IMG/VR virus record: IMGVR_UViG_3300035703_000036
Span: 32,001 to 96,000 of that record
Source: a virus
DNA: 64,000 bases
Direction: 5' to 3' (one strand)
The notes under the pieces are model-generated. The model was given only the letters and a program-made list of their open reading frames with translations. It made no database searches and was not told where the DNA came from. Below are positions 8,867-20,219 of the stretch, piece by piece; the first letter of the stretch is position 1; each line of letters starts with the position of its first letter. The position numbers and the translations under genes were made by a program.

Positions 8867-11515
8867 ATGGCAAAGGGATTATTTCCAAATCTTAATAATA
8901 GTATAAATAAAGCCTTGGGTATTCAAGGGTCTACTAATATTGGAACTAATAAAAAAGCGCCTTGGGAAAATTGGAACGGCTCTAATACTGATGGCGATAT
9001 TTTTTTTAGTCCTTGGGTTATTAAACCTGAAAGATGGAATAAAACTTTTCCATATAGGTTATTAGTTTATGACGTAAGTAAAGGCGCAATAGTTGCCGGA
9101 TCTAGTGGATCTGGAAATGTTACTAATGAATACTCATACTTAGAAGGTAATGGATTTATTCTTTCTCAAGAGGCTGCTGATCCAAATTGGATTTATAATT
9201 TTCAATTAACTCCTCAGCAATTCACTGTCGCCGATCAATATTCAATAAATACTACATCAACTATGAGAGGGATTGTAGAAGAACATAATGGTGTAAAATT
9301 TAAAAATGTAACTATAGCCGGTACTACGGGTGTGTGGCCTAAAAAGCCTACAATTGCTGGAACCCCAAAAGCTCCCTCGTTTTTAGGTAGCGCTTTAGGC
9401 GGAACTTTAGAAGCTACAAAAAAACTTAATGAATCTTTGTCAAGAATTGCAAATGCCGCTACCGGAAAACATCCAAGCGGTTCTACAAATTGGGATAAAC
9501 CTGAAGATTTAGGACAAATACAGTCTACTGGATATTACCAAGCTTTATTGTTAAGTCAATTTTTAGAAAGATATGCTCAAGCAAAGAAGAATCCAGAAAA
9601 TAAATCTTGGAGATTAGTTTTAGATAATCCAAAAGAAAATCAATCTTTTGTTGTTACGCCTATAAATTTTTCTTTACAAAAAAACCAACAACATCCTCAC
9701 ATGTATAATTACAGTCTTCAATTGAAGGCTTGGAAAAGAATCAATTTAAGCATACAACCGATTGATCCTCCTACTTTTCAAGGAATTGATGCTAATTTCT
9801 TGCAAAGAATGAACTCTACAATCAGAGAAACCAGAAGAGCCTTATCTAATTCTATTAATCTTATAAAAGCAGTCAGAGGTGATTTTCAAGGGCCTTTAAA
9901 TACTTTAAGACAAACAGCTTTGGCCGTAAAAGATCTTGGCGGATTAGCGTTCACAGCCGCAGATTTGCCTCGACAAATTCAAAATGATTACAAAAGCTCT
10001 CTAAAAGACGCTTTATACATAACTAGAAATTCCTTCAAAAGAGATTCTACACAAAGAGCTAATCAAGGTACAGGCGGCGCAAGCTCATCTTCTTTAAAGA
10101 ATTCCAGCTCTACTGTTAGAGCGGCAGCGGCAGTTAGCGCGATCACTTCGGATAAACTGACTCATGAAGGAGTTTCAGATTCTTTCGTTGCTTCAGGCGC
10201 GTTGGGAGTGGGAGCTTCTCAGTTAAATCAAGTAGATCCTTTAAATAACATATTTCAAAATCCTGAAGAAAATTTTGAGTTATTTGATTCGGTTAATCTA
10301 GACTCCTTAACTTTAACCCCAGAACAGACTCAAAGAATTGAAGATGAAATAGAAAATATTAGACTTATAAATATCGATGATCTAAGAAATTTCAGAAATA
10401 CAATAGAATCTCTTGCGTATGATATTGCAAATAATTTTGGAGCCGGAGATAGTACTTACGCGTATGTCTACGGTAAGCCTACGCCTAAAACAAGAATTTT
10501 TGAAATGACTACAGAAGAAAACGAGCTTTTAACTTATTTATATGAAACTATACAATGTTACGATGTATTGACAGCAACATTATCTTGGGATGATATTAAA
10601 ATTGAATCTCCTCTAGGATATGTTGGCGGAATAGCTAAAGATGCAGGTTTAACTTTTAATGATTCTTCATCAAAATTCCTAGTTCCTGTGCCATTTGGAC
10701 TAACTATTGAGGCAATTGCAGCCAGATATCTTGCAAATCCTGACAGGTGGATAGAAATAGCTACTTTAAATAATTTAAGATCTCCATATATTGATGAAAC
10801 CGGCTTTACTTATAGCTTCTTATCTAATGGAGATGGAAGACAGTTTAATGTTGACGACAGTTCGCAGAAGCTTTATATAGGTCAAAGAATAGTCCTTCAA
10901 AGCGATACCGTTCCTCAATTTATCAGAAATGTGGTATCAGTAGAAAAAATTAGCGATACTAATTATCTCATTACAGTGGATGGGTTGGCAAATTTAGATT
11001 CCCTAACTACAATTGGAAATGCCAGAATGAGGGGTTATTTGCCGGGCACTGTTAATAGTCAAAATCAAATATACATACCTTCTGATGCGCCTTCTGATCC
11101 TGACGATAGAGTTAAAAAAATAGATGCTTTTTCTGAAGATAAATTAGTTAAAATATCCAAAGTTGATTTTTTGATCACTGATGACGGAGATCTAGCTCTA
11201 AACTCTTTAGGAGAATTTAGACTTGCGGCCGGATTAAACAATCTAATTCAGGCTTTAAAAATAAAGGTAAAAACTAAAAAAAATACTTTATTAAATCATC
11301 TAGATTTTGGCCTAGGATTAACTCAAGGAATATCTGTGGCCGATATTGAGGCTGGAGAATTAATAAATGAATTCAATAGAATAATAAAACAAGATCCCAG
11401 ATATTCTAGAGTTTCTAGGATACAAATTAAAGTTCAGCCCCCACAAATAACTATCGATATGGCGGTAGAAGTGGCGAATGGCAACGGGGTAATTCCTATA
11501 AGTTTTACTGTTTAG
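8867..11515 (+). CDS. Baseplate hub/tube-initiator-like protein fused to LysM and gp25-like wedge domains
   Basis: LysM-like TIEAIAARYLANPDRWIEIATLNNL; C-terminal GDL...GLNNLIQAL...H.DFG gp25 pattern; directly upstream of baseplate J. Confidence 0.7.
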   Translation: MAKGLFPNLNNSINKALGIQGSTNIGTNKKAPWENWNGSNTDGDIFFSPWVIKPERWNKTFPYRLLVYDVSKGAIVAGSSGSGNVTNEYSYLEGNGFILSQEAADPNWIYNFQLTPQQFTVADQYSINTTSTMRGIVEEHNGVKFKNVTIAGTTGVWPKKPTIAGTPKAPSFLGSALGGTLEATKKLNESLSRIANAATGKHPSGSTNWDKPEDLGQIQSTGYYQALLLSQFLERYAQAKKNPENKSWRLVLDNPKENQSFVVTPINFSLQKNQQHPHMYNYSLQLKAWKRINLSIQPIDPPTFQGIDANFLQRMNSTIRETRRALSNSINLIKAVRGDFQGPLNTLRQTALAVKDLGGLAFTAADLPRQIQNDYKSSLKDALYITRNSFKRDSTQRANQGTGGASSSSLKNSSSTVRAAAAVSAITSDKLTHEGVSDSFVASGALGVGASQLNQVDPLNNIFQNPEENFELFDSVNLDSLTLTPEQTQRIEDEIENIRLINIDDLRNFRNTIESLAYDIANNFGAGDSTYAYVYGKPTPKTRIFEMTTEENELLTYLYETIQCYDVLTATLSWDDIKIESPLGYVGGIAKDAGLTFNDSSSKFLVPVPFGLTIEAIAARYLANPDRWIEIATLNNLRSPYIDETGFTYSFLSNGDGRQFNVDDSSQKLYIGQRIVLQSDTVPQFIRNVVSVEKISDTNYLITVDGLANLDSLTTIGNARMRGYLPGTVNSQNQIYIPSDAPSDPDDRVKKIDAFSEDKLVKISKVDFLITDDGDLALNSLGEFRLAAGLNNLIQALKIKVKTKKNTLLNHLDFGLGLTQGISVADIEAGELINEFNRIIKQDPRYSRVSRIQIKVQPPQITIDMAVEVANGNGVIPISFTV

Positions 11516-11544
11516 TGTTAATATTATGTAAATGAGGTTTATAT

Positions 11545-14500
11545 ATGGCTGATCAACCAAAAGTTAAAAGTAGAGAGCAAATTTTAGGAGAAATGTTAGC
11601 TACATTTTTGTCTAAAACAGGTATTAACGATCTTAACGTAGGGTCTGTTAACACTTCATTTTTTGAAACAATGGCTCAGGCTATTTATAGAGCTTCTGGA
11701 GATACCTTATCTATATTAAGAGATTTTTCAGTAGATAGAGCTACGGGCGAGGCTTTAAAAAGAATTGCTACAGAAGAAAGAATTTATCCAAAATCAGCAA
11801 GAGTGGCTACTGGAAAGGTTACTATTATTGATACTTCTTTTGAAAAAATTTCAACAAAAATTTATGCAGGAGCCAACTCTCCAAACGTAGGATCTTCAAT
11901 GATTCTAGTTTCTGACGCTTCTCTTTTTACTCCTGCTGGAGCTATCTATATTGGTAGAGGAACTCCAAATGTAGAAGGGCCTATTTCGTATTCATCAATA
12001 ACGCCAGTTGGAGGATATTATCAAATTAATTTATCTACTCCAACAACTAAATTTCATAATATATCTGAATCGGTAGTACTTTCTCAAGGTGGGCTTAGAA
12101 ATATTTCAGTAGGAACCTCAGTAAGAGCGCCGGCTACAGGCGATACTGATGATATCGTTTTTTCTGTAACATCTGCTGCTGTTATTTTGGACGGAGAAAA
12201 TCAAATTTCAAATGTTCCAGTCGCTGCTCAACAGCCTGGCACTGAAGGAAACGTTCCGAGAGGTGCTATTAGAGAGTTTGTGTCTCCTCCTTTTACTGGA
12301 GCTTCCGTTATCAATGAATCTCCTTTTTCTACTGGTAGAAATGAAGAAACCGATGAAGAATTAAGAGATAGAATTAAGAGATCTCGCATATCAAAAGGGC
12401 TAGGTACTTCTATTGCAATTAAAAATGCGGTACTAGGCGCTCAAGCTACAGATGAAAGCGCAGTAGTTTCATCAGACGAAATATTTTCTTTTGGATCAGA
12501 CAACACAGTTCTTTATGTAGACGATGGAACTGGATATGAAGAAAAATCTTCTGGAGTAGGATTAGAATTTATAATAGATTCAGCTCTTGGTGGAGAACAG
12601 TATTTTCAATTAGCTACTGGTGGTAGACAGACCTCTATTTCTAAAGCCACTTTAGAGTCTATTCAGGATGGGCCTTTTGATATTATTCCTACAGATAGAT
12701 TAGCTATTTTGGTCGGCGGAGTTTTAAGCGAACATATATTTAATTCAGGAGATTTTAGAAGTGAAGGTTTTGCTACGGCTTATGAAGTCGCAGCAAGTAT
12801 CAATTCAAATTCTTCTTTAACTTTTTCGGCTTCAACTTCTTCAAATGGAAAAAGAGTAACTATTCAGGCTAAAACCGAATCTAATGAAGAGCTTTTAATT
12901 ACATCTCCCACAACTGGAAGAAATGCCGGAATTGCTTTATATTTTCCTTCAAACGAAATTCAAACTTTAAGACTTTATAAAAATAATAAACCTCTAAGCA
13001 AAAACGGTCAATCTGCTATTATTGAAAGTAGAAATCAAAGCGATTGGTCTAGCACTATTGGATCAGGAGATACATTAATAATTTCTGTAGATAATACAGC
13101 TTCAATTACATATTCATTTACGGATGCTGATTTCCTAGCTGAAGGAAACTATATATCAGTAAATAAAAACAATTCCCTTCAATCTTGGATTAATGTTATT
13201 AATAAAAAAGTTACCGGAGTAACCGCTTCTATAGATGGAAATAAAATAAAAATAATATCCAATAAAGGCGCAAATTCTACGGCTGCTTTATCGATCGATG
13301 TATTATCAACTCTAGTAAGTAAAGGGATGTTTAGCGTATCTACAGGCCTAGTTTCTTCAGGAAAAGCTGCGGATTTTATCGTATCTAGAAATACAGCCCA
13401 AATCAAACTGACCAGCCCTTTAGAAGCTGGAGATAGCTTGGCGGCAGGTTCTGAATTTACAAAAGGATATATTTACAGTTCGCCTATTTTAGGCGGAAAT
13501 TTGACTTTAACATCTGATGCTTATTTGTGGCTACTAATAGATAATGCGGACGCTGAAATTATTAGTACTGGAGTAGTTGGAGATACATTAGTAGATGTTT
13601 CTAAACCTTTTGCCAATATAGTTAGATATACATCCAACTCACCTTCAGCATTTGCAAATGTGCAAGTTGGGGATACGGTTATTGTATGGTCTAATGAATT
13701 GAGCTTAGGAAATAGGCTTGAAGCTAAAGTTTACGCTAAAACTAATACTACTCTAGATATTAAGGTAACTTCAGCAGAATACGCTGCCGCTGTAGTGGAA
13801 TCTGCAATTGTTTTTAAAGAAGGTTTTGTAGTTATTAGAACAGACAAGGCTGTACAAAAAATAAAAATTGCTTCTGGGGCTTATAACATCAATACTATAG
13901 TTTCAATTATTAATTTACAATTAATAGGGGCTACATCTTCCGTAATTGGAGATGAGATTATTAATATTACGACTGATAGCGAAGATATCTATGGTTGTGT
14001 TTTATTGGTAGCTCAAAATGATGCTGGTAAAGGTCTTAATTTTACTTTAGCATCTTTTGCTAAAACTGAATTTTCTCAATTTGCTTTTTATGAAGCTAAA
14101 AATGCAGATAGCTATTTTCCGGCTTTTGTTCATTCTAAAATAACCGATGATAATTTTGCTGACGTACCAAATTCTTTTATCACAAGTTTTAATTCTGCCG
14201 TAGTATTAGCTTCTGAAAATATTGATCCTAATTTTATGGTCTGTCCAGTAAACCCTTTTAGCCCTGTTGCTGATAATATATCGGACAATGAATGTGTTCA
14301 AATTAAAAATTTAAGCTCTAATACTGTAAACATCAATCAGAGTCCTTTAATTAGAAGATTAAGAATAGACGATAGATTTTATGCCGCTCTTCCTTTTGAT
14401 TTTGGATATAATGATTCTGTTGTGGTAATTCTTGATGCTGACGCTACTAATAAAACTTTTCCTATACCGCTATATAGAAAAGCAATAGTGAATAATACTA

Positions 14501-17500
14501 TGCCTGTAAGCGCAAATAATTTCAGAGCCTATGATTCTGATTCTGGGCCTACTACTCAATTTTCTCAATTTTTTGGATCTTCTTATAGTTTTGATAACTA
14601 TAAAGTTCTAATGCAAGCTAAAAATGCTATCAATCCTGCTTCAAATACTATCAACGAAGACTCTATACTATTTAGAAGTGCTAGATGGGGAAAAGATGGA
14701 GAAAGAATTAATGTAGGATATTCTTATCCAACATCTTCTAATCTAGGTATTTCTCATACAATCATAGTTGATTCTATGATTAATATAAAAATATCTTTAA
14801 AATCAAACGGAATAATTCCAAATACTATTGATGGCACTACAGAATGGGATGTGACTGTAACGCCAAATACCCCTGTAGCAGGAGTTGATTCAGTTACCTA
14901 TTCTTGGAATAGTATAGGAACAGATCCTGCAATGACAACTCTAAGTCCTGATCACTACGTTACAATAAACTCTTTAGGAGATTTTAGTCCGGAAAATATC
15001 GGAACTTTTAGAGTAGACTCTGCCACTTCAACATCTTTTACAGTTTTAAGGCCTAATGGCGTAGCTGTAAATGAGTCTGCAATTGCAACTTTAACTACTA
15101 ACACCATTTCCTTATATCAGAATAATAGTACGACTGCTCAGGAAATTGTAAGTTATGTAAACTCAAATCTTTCTGATTATATCTCAGCGTCTATTCTTGA
15201 TGATAATGGAGTTTCTGGGGCTGGTATAATTAATAAAAGTACTTATGAAGATACCAATTTTGCTAATGAAGGCGTAGATTTATTTGATGGAATTAATTGG
15301 ATTCTTTCGACTAATCTGTCTGCTCTTTCTCCTAGTCAACAATTTTCTTTTAAAAAATCTTTAACCATACCTAGCATCAATACCGCTACATCGGGGGCTT
15401 ATAATTTTACGGACGGAGAAGAATTAAGACTTATTCCTACGACATCAAAACAAATTAGTGAATTAATATCTACTTTAGCCGTTTCAGGTTTTACAACTTT
15501 AGGATCTGTATCAAGTTCAAATAGAGAGAGTCAATTACAAATATCTAGTCAAATATTAGGATCTAACGGAGCCGTTCAGGTAACAGGAGGAACGGCTAAT
15601 TCTGTTTCTGCTCAAGTTATAGGGCAATCAAGCAAAGTTTCTGGAACTGACTATATTAACGTCTCAGTTTTAAGATCTCAAGCGTCAGGCTTGCATGTAG
15701 ATCAAATGGTTAAATTGAGCGCGTTCTATTCTCAGAAAAAAGAAACTGGAATTAGTGAGACAACAGGTGTTACAATATTAAATAATCAGCCGACATTAGG
15801 TCAGGCTATTGTTGAATTATCGAATAGAGAAGCTCAAGATAATTATTTTGGAATTCCAAAAAATTGTTTTAGAGATAGATCTAGAGCTTTTCATGTGGAA
15901 AAACAAGGGGCGTTAGTTTGCGTATCTTGGGATGAATCTACTGGAGGAAACCCGATTTTTAATAAATTAGTTGAAATAAATGACGGCGGCGGTGGATCTT
16001 TATCGGTAGATTTTGACGCTAATTTAGGCGTGACATATTACACTGTAGCTTCAGGGAATATTAGATTTTTTGAAGTAAATAAGGGTGACAAACTAACTAT
16101 ATCAGTACTAGCTGACGCTCAAAATAATGGAACTTTTAATATTTTAGGAGTTTCTGAAGACGGCCTAACGATCGCTACCGATAATACTTCAGGATTAGAT
16201 GCCTTACCTTCAGCAATAGCCCCAAATGATATCGCAATAAATACCGAAGTTCAAGAGGGTGATACAGTTTCTATTTCTTCTCCTTTTTCTATATTAAATC
16301 AAGGAAATTTTAGAGTTATTAGAAAATATCAAAATAGTTTTTATATTGATAACCCATCTGCTGTAGAAGAAAGAGTGATTATTTCTGATAATTTGCAATC
16401 GTTAAATTTCGATGCTACAACTCAGTTTGATGTTTCAATATCTGACGGATCAATGAAAATTTCTTGGAATGGAGTTGGAACTGAGCCTAGTTTAAACAAT
16501 GCTAAATTAGGAAATATTTTAAGAGTAGGATCTGCTTTTACGGCCAATAATCAAGGCGATTTCATGGTTGTTAGATCAGAAGGAAATCAGTATCAAAAAT
16601 TTGAAATAAATTGTTCTGATGCCGTTTCAATTACAAGCGGACAATATTTTACATTAGATCTTCCAAACGGCGGAACTTCTTATTACGCTTGGTTTAATAA
16701 AGACGGATCAGGCGGAAATCCTTTTCCAATTGGCAAAACAGATATATCTGGAGGATCTGGAATTGTAATTTCCACAGGCGATTCTTCTAGTATAGTAGCA
16801 AATGCAGTTCAGGCTGTTATTGATGCGGTTGTTGGTTTTACATCAACTGTTTCCGGAAATATTGTCACAACAATCTGTGACAATGCAGGGCCTACAATCA
16901 ATGCTGCAAATGTAGACGTTGGCGGAAGCTTCTCTATTGTAATTAAAAAACAAGGCGATTATCAGTTTATTGAATGTGCTAACGCAAAAGCTTTTGCTCA
17001 GTCCGGCATAATGGTATCGGGAGTAGGTCTAGATGTTTTAGAAAGTCATATTCCTTCTCTTATTTTTAGAGAATATGAAGCAGCTATAGCCGGAGATAAA
17101 TTTGTAGTATCAGGAAGCGTATTAGGCTCAAACAATATTTCAGACTATACAATTTATGAAGTTTTAAGTAAAAATAAGATAGTAGTAAGTTCGAATATGG
17201 ACGAAGTAGAAAGTCTAGTTTTAAATTCTGACTATATTCAAGTTTATGTAGAGGAACAAAATCCTTACATTGGTTATAAAAAAATATATTCCATGCTAGT
17301 AGATCCTAGCAATTCAAATAGAATGAATTTAATTTTTGATACAAACAATCAAAGATTAAAAATTAATGACGTAGGAGAAGTTACAATATCTGCAATTGGC
17401 AAGCTATCTTTTTCTGAAGTCGTTAAAAAAGGTCTAGATTCATACCGTTATAATACAGGATTAATTGCCGAAGCAAATAGAATTGTGTACGGAGATCCTA

Positions 17501-17859
17501 GAGATAACGTAACCTACTCAGGTGTAGCGGCTGCGGGCGCTGAAATTTTCATAAAGCCGCCTTTGCCTAGACGTATTACAGTATCTATTAGCGTAAGAGT
17601 TAATACTGGCGTTCCTTTTAATAAAATTTCGGAACAAGTTAGAAGTAATATTGCATCGCTAGTCAATTCTAGCCCTATAGGTCAGTCGATAGCTATCAGT
17701 GATATTGTCGCTACTGTTAATTCCATACCAGGTGTTTTTGCTGTAGCAATCAGCTCGCCTACTTATGATGTATTAAATGATGTTATTGTAGTTAATCCTG
17801 CAGAAAAACCAATTATTATTGATATTGTCAATGATATTACAGTATCAAAGGTCGGATAA
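11545..17859 (+). CDS. Very large baseplate J-like wedge protein (2104 aa)
   Basis: DRATGEAL, A..PG..GNV, G...ETDEELR.RI at N-terminus; J-like C-terminus (IG..I..S.I...V..IPGV). Confidence 0.88.
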   Translation: MADQPKVKSREQILGEMLATFLSKTGINDLNVGSVNTSFFETMAQAIYRASGDTLSILRDFSVDRATGEALKRIATEERIYPKSARVATGKVTIIDTSFEKISTKIYAGANSPNVGSSMILVSDASLFTPAGAIYIGRGTPNVEGPISYSSITPVGGYYQINLSTPTTKFHNISESVVLSQGGLRNISVGTSVRAPATGDTDDIVFSVTSAAVILDGENQISNVPVAAQQPGTEGNVPRGAIREFVSPPFTGASVINESPFSTGRNEETDEELRDRIKRSRISKGLGTSIAIKNAVLGAQATDESAVVSSDEIFSFGSDNTVLYVDDGTGYEEKSSGVGLEFIIDSALGGEQYFQLATGGRQTSISKATLESIQDGPFDIIPTDRLAILVGGVLSEHIFNSGDFRSEGFATAYEVAASINSNSSLTFSASTSSNGKRVTIQAKTESNEELLITSPTTGRNAGIALYFPSNEIQTLRLYKNNKPLSKNGQSAIIESRNQSDWSSTIGSGDTLIISVDNTASITYSFTDADFLAEGNYISVNKNNSLQSWINVINKKVTGVTASIDGNKIKIISNKGANSTAALSIDVLSTLVSKGMFSVSTGLVSSGKAADFIVSRNTAQIKLTSPLEAGDSLAAGSEFTKGYIYSSPILGGNLTLTSDAYLWLLIDNADAEIISTGVVGDTLVDVSKPFANIVRYTSNSPSAFANVQVGDTVIVWSNELSLGNRLEAKVYAKTNTTLDIKVTSAEYAAAVVESAIVFKEGFVVIRTDKAVQKIKIASGAYNINTIVSIINLQLIGATSSVIGDEIINITTDSEDIYGCVLLVAQNDAGKGLNFTLASFAKTEFSQFAFYEAKNADSYFPAFVHSKITDDNFADVPNSFITSFNSAVVLASENIDPNFMVCPVNPFSPVADNISDNECVQIKNLSSNTVNINQSPLIRRLRIDDRFYAALPFDFGYNDSVVVILDADATNKTFPIPLYRKAIVNNTMPVSANNFRAYDSDSGPTTQFSQFFGSSYSFDNYKVLMQAKNAINPASNTINEDSILFRSARWGKDGERINVGYSYPTSSNLGISHTIIVDSMINIKISLKSNGIIPNTIDGTTEWDVTVTPNTPVAGVDSVTYSWNSIGTDPAMTTLSPDHYVTINSLGDFSPENIGTFRVDSATSTSFTVLRPNGVAVNESAIATLTTNTISLYQNNSTTAQEIVSYVNSNLSDYISASILDDNGVSGAGIINKSTYEDTNFANEGVDLFDGINWILSTNLSALSPSQQFSFKKSLTIPSINTATSGAYNFTDGEELRLIPTTSKQISELISTLAVSGFTTLGSVSSSNRESQLQISSQILGSNGAVQVTGGTANSVSAQVIGQSSKVSGTDYINVSVLRSQASGLHVDQMVKLSAFYSQKKETGISETTGVTILNNQPTLGQAIVELSNREAQDNYFGIPKNCFRDRSRAFHVEKQGALVCVSWDESTGGNPIFNKLVEINDGGGGSLSVDFDANLGVTYYTVASGNIRFFEVNKGDKLTISVLADAQNNGTFNILGVSEDGLTIATDNTSGLDALPSAIAPNDIAINTEVQEGDTVSISSPFSILNQGNFRVIRKYQNSFYIDNPSAVEERVIISDNLQSLNFDATTQFDVSISDGSMKISWNGVGTEPSLNNAKLGNILRVGSAFTANNQGDFMVVRSEGNQYQKFEINCSDAVSITSGQYFTLDLPNGGTSYYAWFNKDGSGGNPFPIGKTDISGGSGIVISTGDSSSIVANAVQAVIDAVVGFTSTVSGNIVTTICDNAGPTINAANVDVGGSFSIVIKKQGDYQFIECANAKAFAQSGIMVSGVGLDVLESHIPSLIFREYEAAIAGDKFVVSGSVLGSNNISDYTIYEVLSKNKIVVSSNMDEVESLVLNSDYIQVYVEEQNPYIGYKKIYSMLVDPSNSNRMNLIFDTNNQRLKINDVGEVTISAIGKLSFSEVVKKGLDSYRYNTGLIAEANRIVYGDPRDNVTYSGVAAAGAEIFIKPPLPRRITVSISVRVNTGVPFNKISEQVRSNIASLVNSSPIGQSIAISDIVATVNSIPGVFAVAISSPTYDVLNDVIVVNPAEKPIIIDIVNDITVSKVG
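16590..16950 (+). repeat. Copy of a ~110-aa module shared with the 21045 gene
   Basis: ITSGQYFT...YY.WFNKDG.GG.P.P.GK...AANV.VGGSFSIV. Confidence 0.8.
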
Positions 17860-17860
17860 T

Positions 17861-19459
17861 ATGGCAACAATTGAAGATGAAAAAAAGAGGTTAAGACAAT
17901 ATCTAAATCCTACTATCAAAGGGCCAAATGTAGATTCTGTTTTGGAATCTTTGGCTACTGGTACTTCTCATTTAATAAACAATGTTGAAGCCGTAAATGA
18001 TTCGCTATATATCGTCACAGCTCAAGGAAAATATCTTGATGCTAGATTAGCAGATAAAAATTTAACTAGACCAGAAAATGTAGGACTTTCAGACGAAGTT
18101 TTTAGACAAATAGGTATAGAAGTTTCCGCTAGAAAACAAGTAAGAGATTTAATTTTGTCTATTCTAGGTATCGTTTACGGAGAAGAGTTTACAAAAGCCA
18201 CAATGAATTCTACTGAATTTGAGCCTTATCAGCTTGAAAATGGTGACTCTTTAATGATTCAGTTTGATGATGAAGAAAAAGTAGAAGTATTCTTTGATTC
18301 ATCTCAGTTTGCTAGTATAAATGCCGCTACAGCGCAGGAAGTTGCGGATACAATTACAAAAGAAATTAGAAGACTAGGAAGAAGAGGATCTGCAGTTGCT
18401 AAAAATGATGGTGTAGGCGGATATGTAATGCTAATGTCTGAAACTTTAGGCCCCTCTTCAACCGTTAAGGTGGTTGGTGGCAAGGCTCAAAATAAATTAA
18501 AATTCCCAAGCATTAGACCTACTTCAGGACTTGCTTCAACTCAATGGAAACTGGAGCTAGTAGCGGGCGGACTTGTAAGAGCTACTTGGATTGGAGGAGC
18601 AGATCCTTCGGTTGGTAAAGTTAAAAAAAATGATTATGTAAATATATACGGATCTTCTTTTGATTCTTATAATAGAGGGACTTTTACCGTAGTAAATGTC
18701 AATGGTGGACTTGCAGGTGAAGCTTATTTTGAATTTATAAACCCAAGCGGAGTTCCAGAGACAAAAGCTCAAGGAATATCTGAAGGTGTTTTATTTTTTA
18801 ATCCAATTAGAAATACTATAAATTCTAAAACAACTTTTGCTACATTGTATCAAACAGAATCTAGATTGCTGGAAGTTTTTATGCCAGCCACTACAAAAGT
18901 AGTGAGAAGAGAAAGGATAGGATCTGCCCATTTACATGAATCTGGAGCTTCTGCATCAGACGAGCTTGGGCCTTATATTTTTGATGTAACTAAACCCTAT
19001 GTCATAGGCCAAGAAGAATGTAATACAACCACTCAAGTTGATTCTGGAACAGGAATTATTGTGAATGTGGATAATTCTGCCAATATACCAGATCAATCAG
19101 GATTTTTAGTGTTTGGCTTTGGAACTTCTTTAGAAGAAGGGCCCGTACCTTATATTGCCAGACCGTCATCAAATAGTATTATGATCAATCCTTCTTATAA
19201 ATTTAAAAATGTTCATGCTTCTGGAACTAATATATCGCTAGTTGCTCAAAATTACGCTTACGATGTAGCCAGAGATGGTTCTGATTACGCTTTCTATATT
19301 ACGGACGTAGTGGCCGGTAGAGTTTATGCGGAAGATTTAATTAAATTAGTTTATGCTACAGGTATTAAATTAGTGATTACAATCTTGTATCCTAATGATA
19401 TCGGTCTTGGAAAATACGGAACAGAAAATTCAGAGAAAGTTGTTATTTGGGGAGAATAA
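17861..19459 (+). CDS. Baseplate wedge/peripheral protein (gpI-like N-terminus)
   Basis: TAQGKYLD...R....SDEVFR pattern; follows baseplate J. Confidence 0.65.
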   Translation: MATIEDEKKRLRQYLNPTIKGPNVDSVLESLATGTSHLINNVEAVNDSLYIVTAQGKYLDARLADKNLTRPENVGLSDEVFRQIGIEVSARKQVRDLILSILGIVYGEEFTKATMNSTEFEPYQLENGDSLMIQFDDEEKVEVFFDSSQFASINAATAQEVADTITKEIRRLGRRGSAVAKNDGVGGYVMLMSETLGPSSTVKVVGGKAQNKLKFPSIRPTSGLASTQWKLELVAGGLVRATWIGGADPSVGKVKKNDYVNIYGSSFDSYNRGTFTVVNVNGGLAGEAYFEFINPSGVPETKAQGISEGVLFFNPIRNTINSKTTFATLYQTESRLLEVFMPATTKVVRRERIGSAHLHESGASASDELGPYIFDVTKPYVIGQEECNTTTQVDSGTGIIVNVDNSANIPDQSGFLVFGFGTSLEEGPVPYIARPSSNSIMINPSYKFKNVHASGTNISLVAQNYAYDVARDGSDYAFYITDVVAGRVYAEDLIKLVYATGIKLVITILYPNDIGLGKYGTENSEKVVIWGE

Positions 19460-19460
19460 T

Positions 19461-19889
19461 ATGGCACAGTCAGTAGTACTTAGAGGCGCTGATGTTAAAT
19501 TGTATTTAGGTGGAAAATTGTATAATGAAGTGCAGAATGTTTCCTATACAATTGATTACGGCGAGGTTGAAATTTTTGGAATTGACTGTGAATTTGCCCA
19601 AGAAATCGCGCCCACAAAAGTTGTAGTTTCTGGAAGTGTATCCGGAGTAAGAGTAAAATATTCGGGCGGATTACAAGGTCATGATGCTAGATCTAAAATA
19701 AATCAAATTCTATATGCTCCATATATATCTTTTAGATTAAAAGATAGAGATAGCGATGTAGATATATTAATGATTTCTGAAATAAAAATAACATCTGAAA
19801 CAATGAACATACCATCAAAAGGCGTTGCAGTATTATCTTTTGCTTTTAAAGGAATTATTCCTCTAAACGAAGTGGATATTTTTGGCTAA
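19461..19889 (+). CDS. Tail tube-like protein
   Basis: VKLYLGG...VQNVSY.I...IFGID...EIAP pattern; GGAG RBS. Confidence 0.6.
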   Translation: MAQSVVLRGADVKLYLGGKLYNEVQNVSYTIDYGEVEIFGIDCEFAQEIAPTKVVVSGSVSGVRVKYSGGLQGHDARSKINQILYAPYISFRLKDRDSDVDILMISEIKITSETMNIPSKGVAVLSFAFKGIIPLNEVDIFG

Positions 19890-19983
19890 AATCTTCAAAA
19901 ACTTTACTTGAAATTCTATCTCCAAGCGTAATAAAATACCCAAAAAATCCAACATATAAAAACATCATAAAAATAACAAACAT
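19855..19983 (-). CDS. Small membrane protein, 42 aa
   Basis: Manual translation MFVIFMMFLYVGFFGYFITLG...; TAATG overlap. Confidence 0.4.
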   Translation of the reverse strand: MFVIFMMFLYVGFFGYFITLGDRISSKVFEDFSQKYPLRLEE

Positions 19984-20219
19984 TATAATTCTGCCTTATT
20001 GTCAGTCTGACCGTTTACCATGATTGGCAATTCTCTTTTTTCATGAATATCTTTACAAATACTGTAGGCTATTTCTTCTCTAATATCTTCTCTGACCATT
20101 TTAACTACACAATCTTCAGTAGCAGTTTTTCTTTTATTTTTTCCAGTTACAGGCCCTAAAGAACAACCGGTCAAATTGATCAATAATAAAAACGACATAC
20201 ATTTTAAAATTTTAGACAT
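19983..20219 (-). CDS. Small lipoprotein (start moved to 20219)
   Basis: MSKILKCMSFLLLINLTGC lipobox; GGAG RBS. Confidence 0.7.
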   Translation of the reverse strand: MSKILKCMSFLLLINLTGCSLGPVTGKNKRKTATEDCVVKMVREDIREEIAYSICKDIHEKRELPIMVNGQTDNKAEL

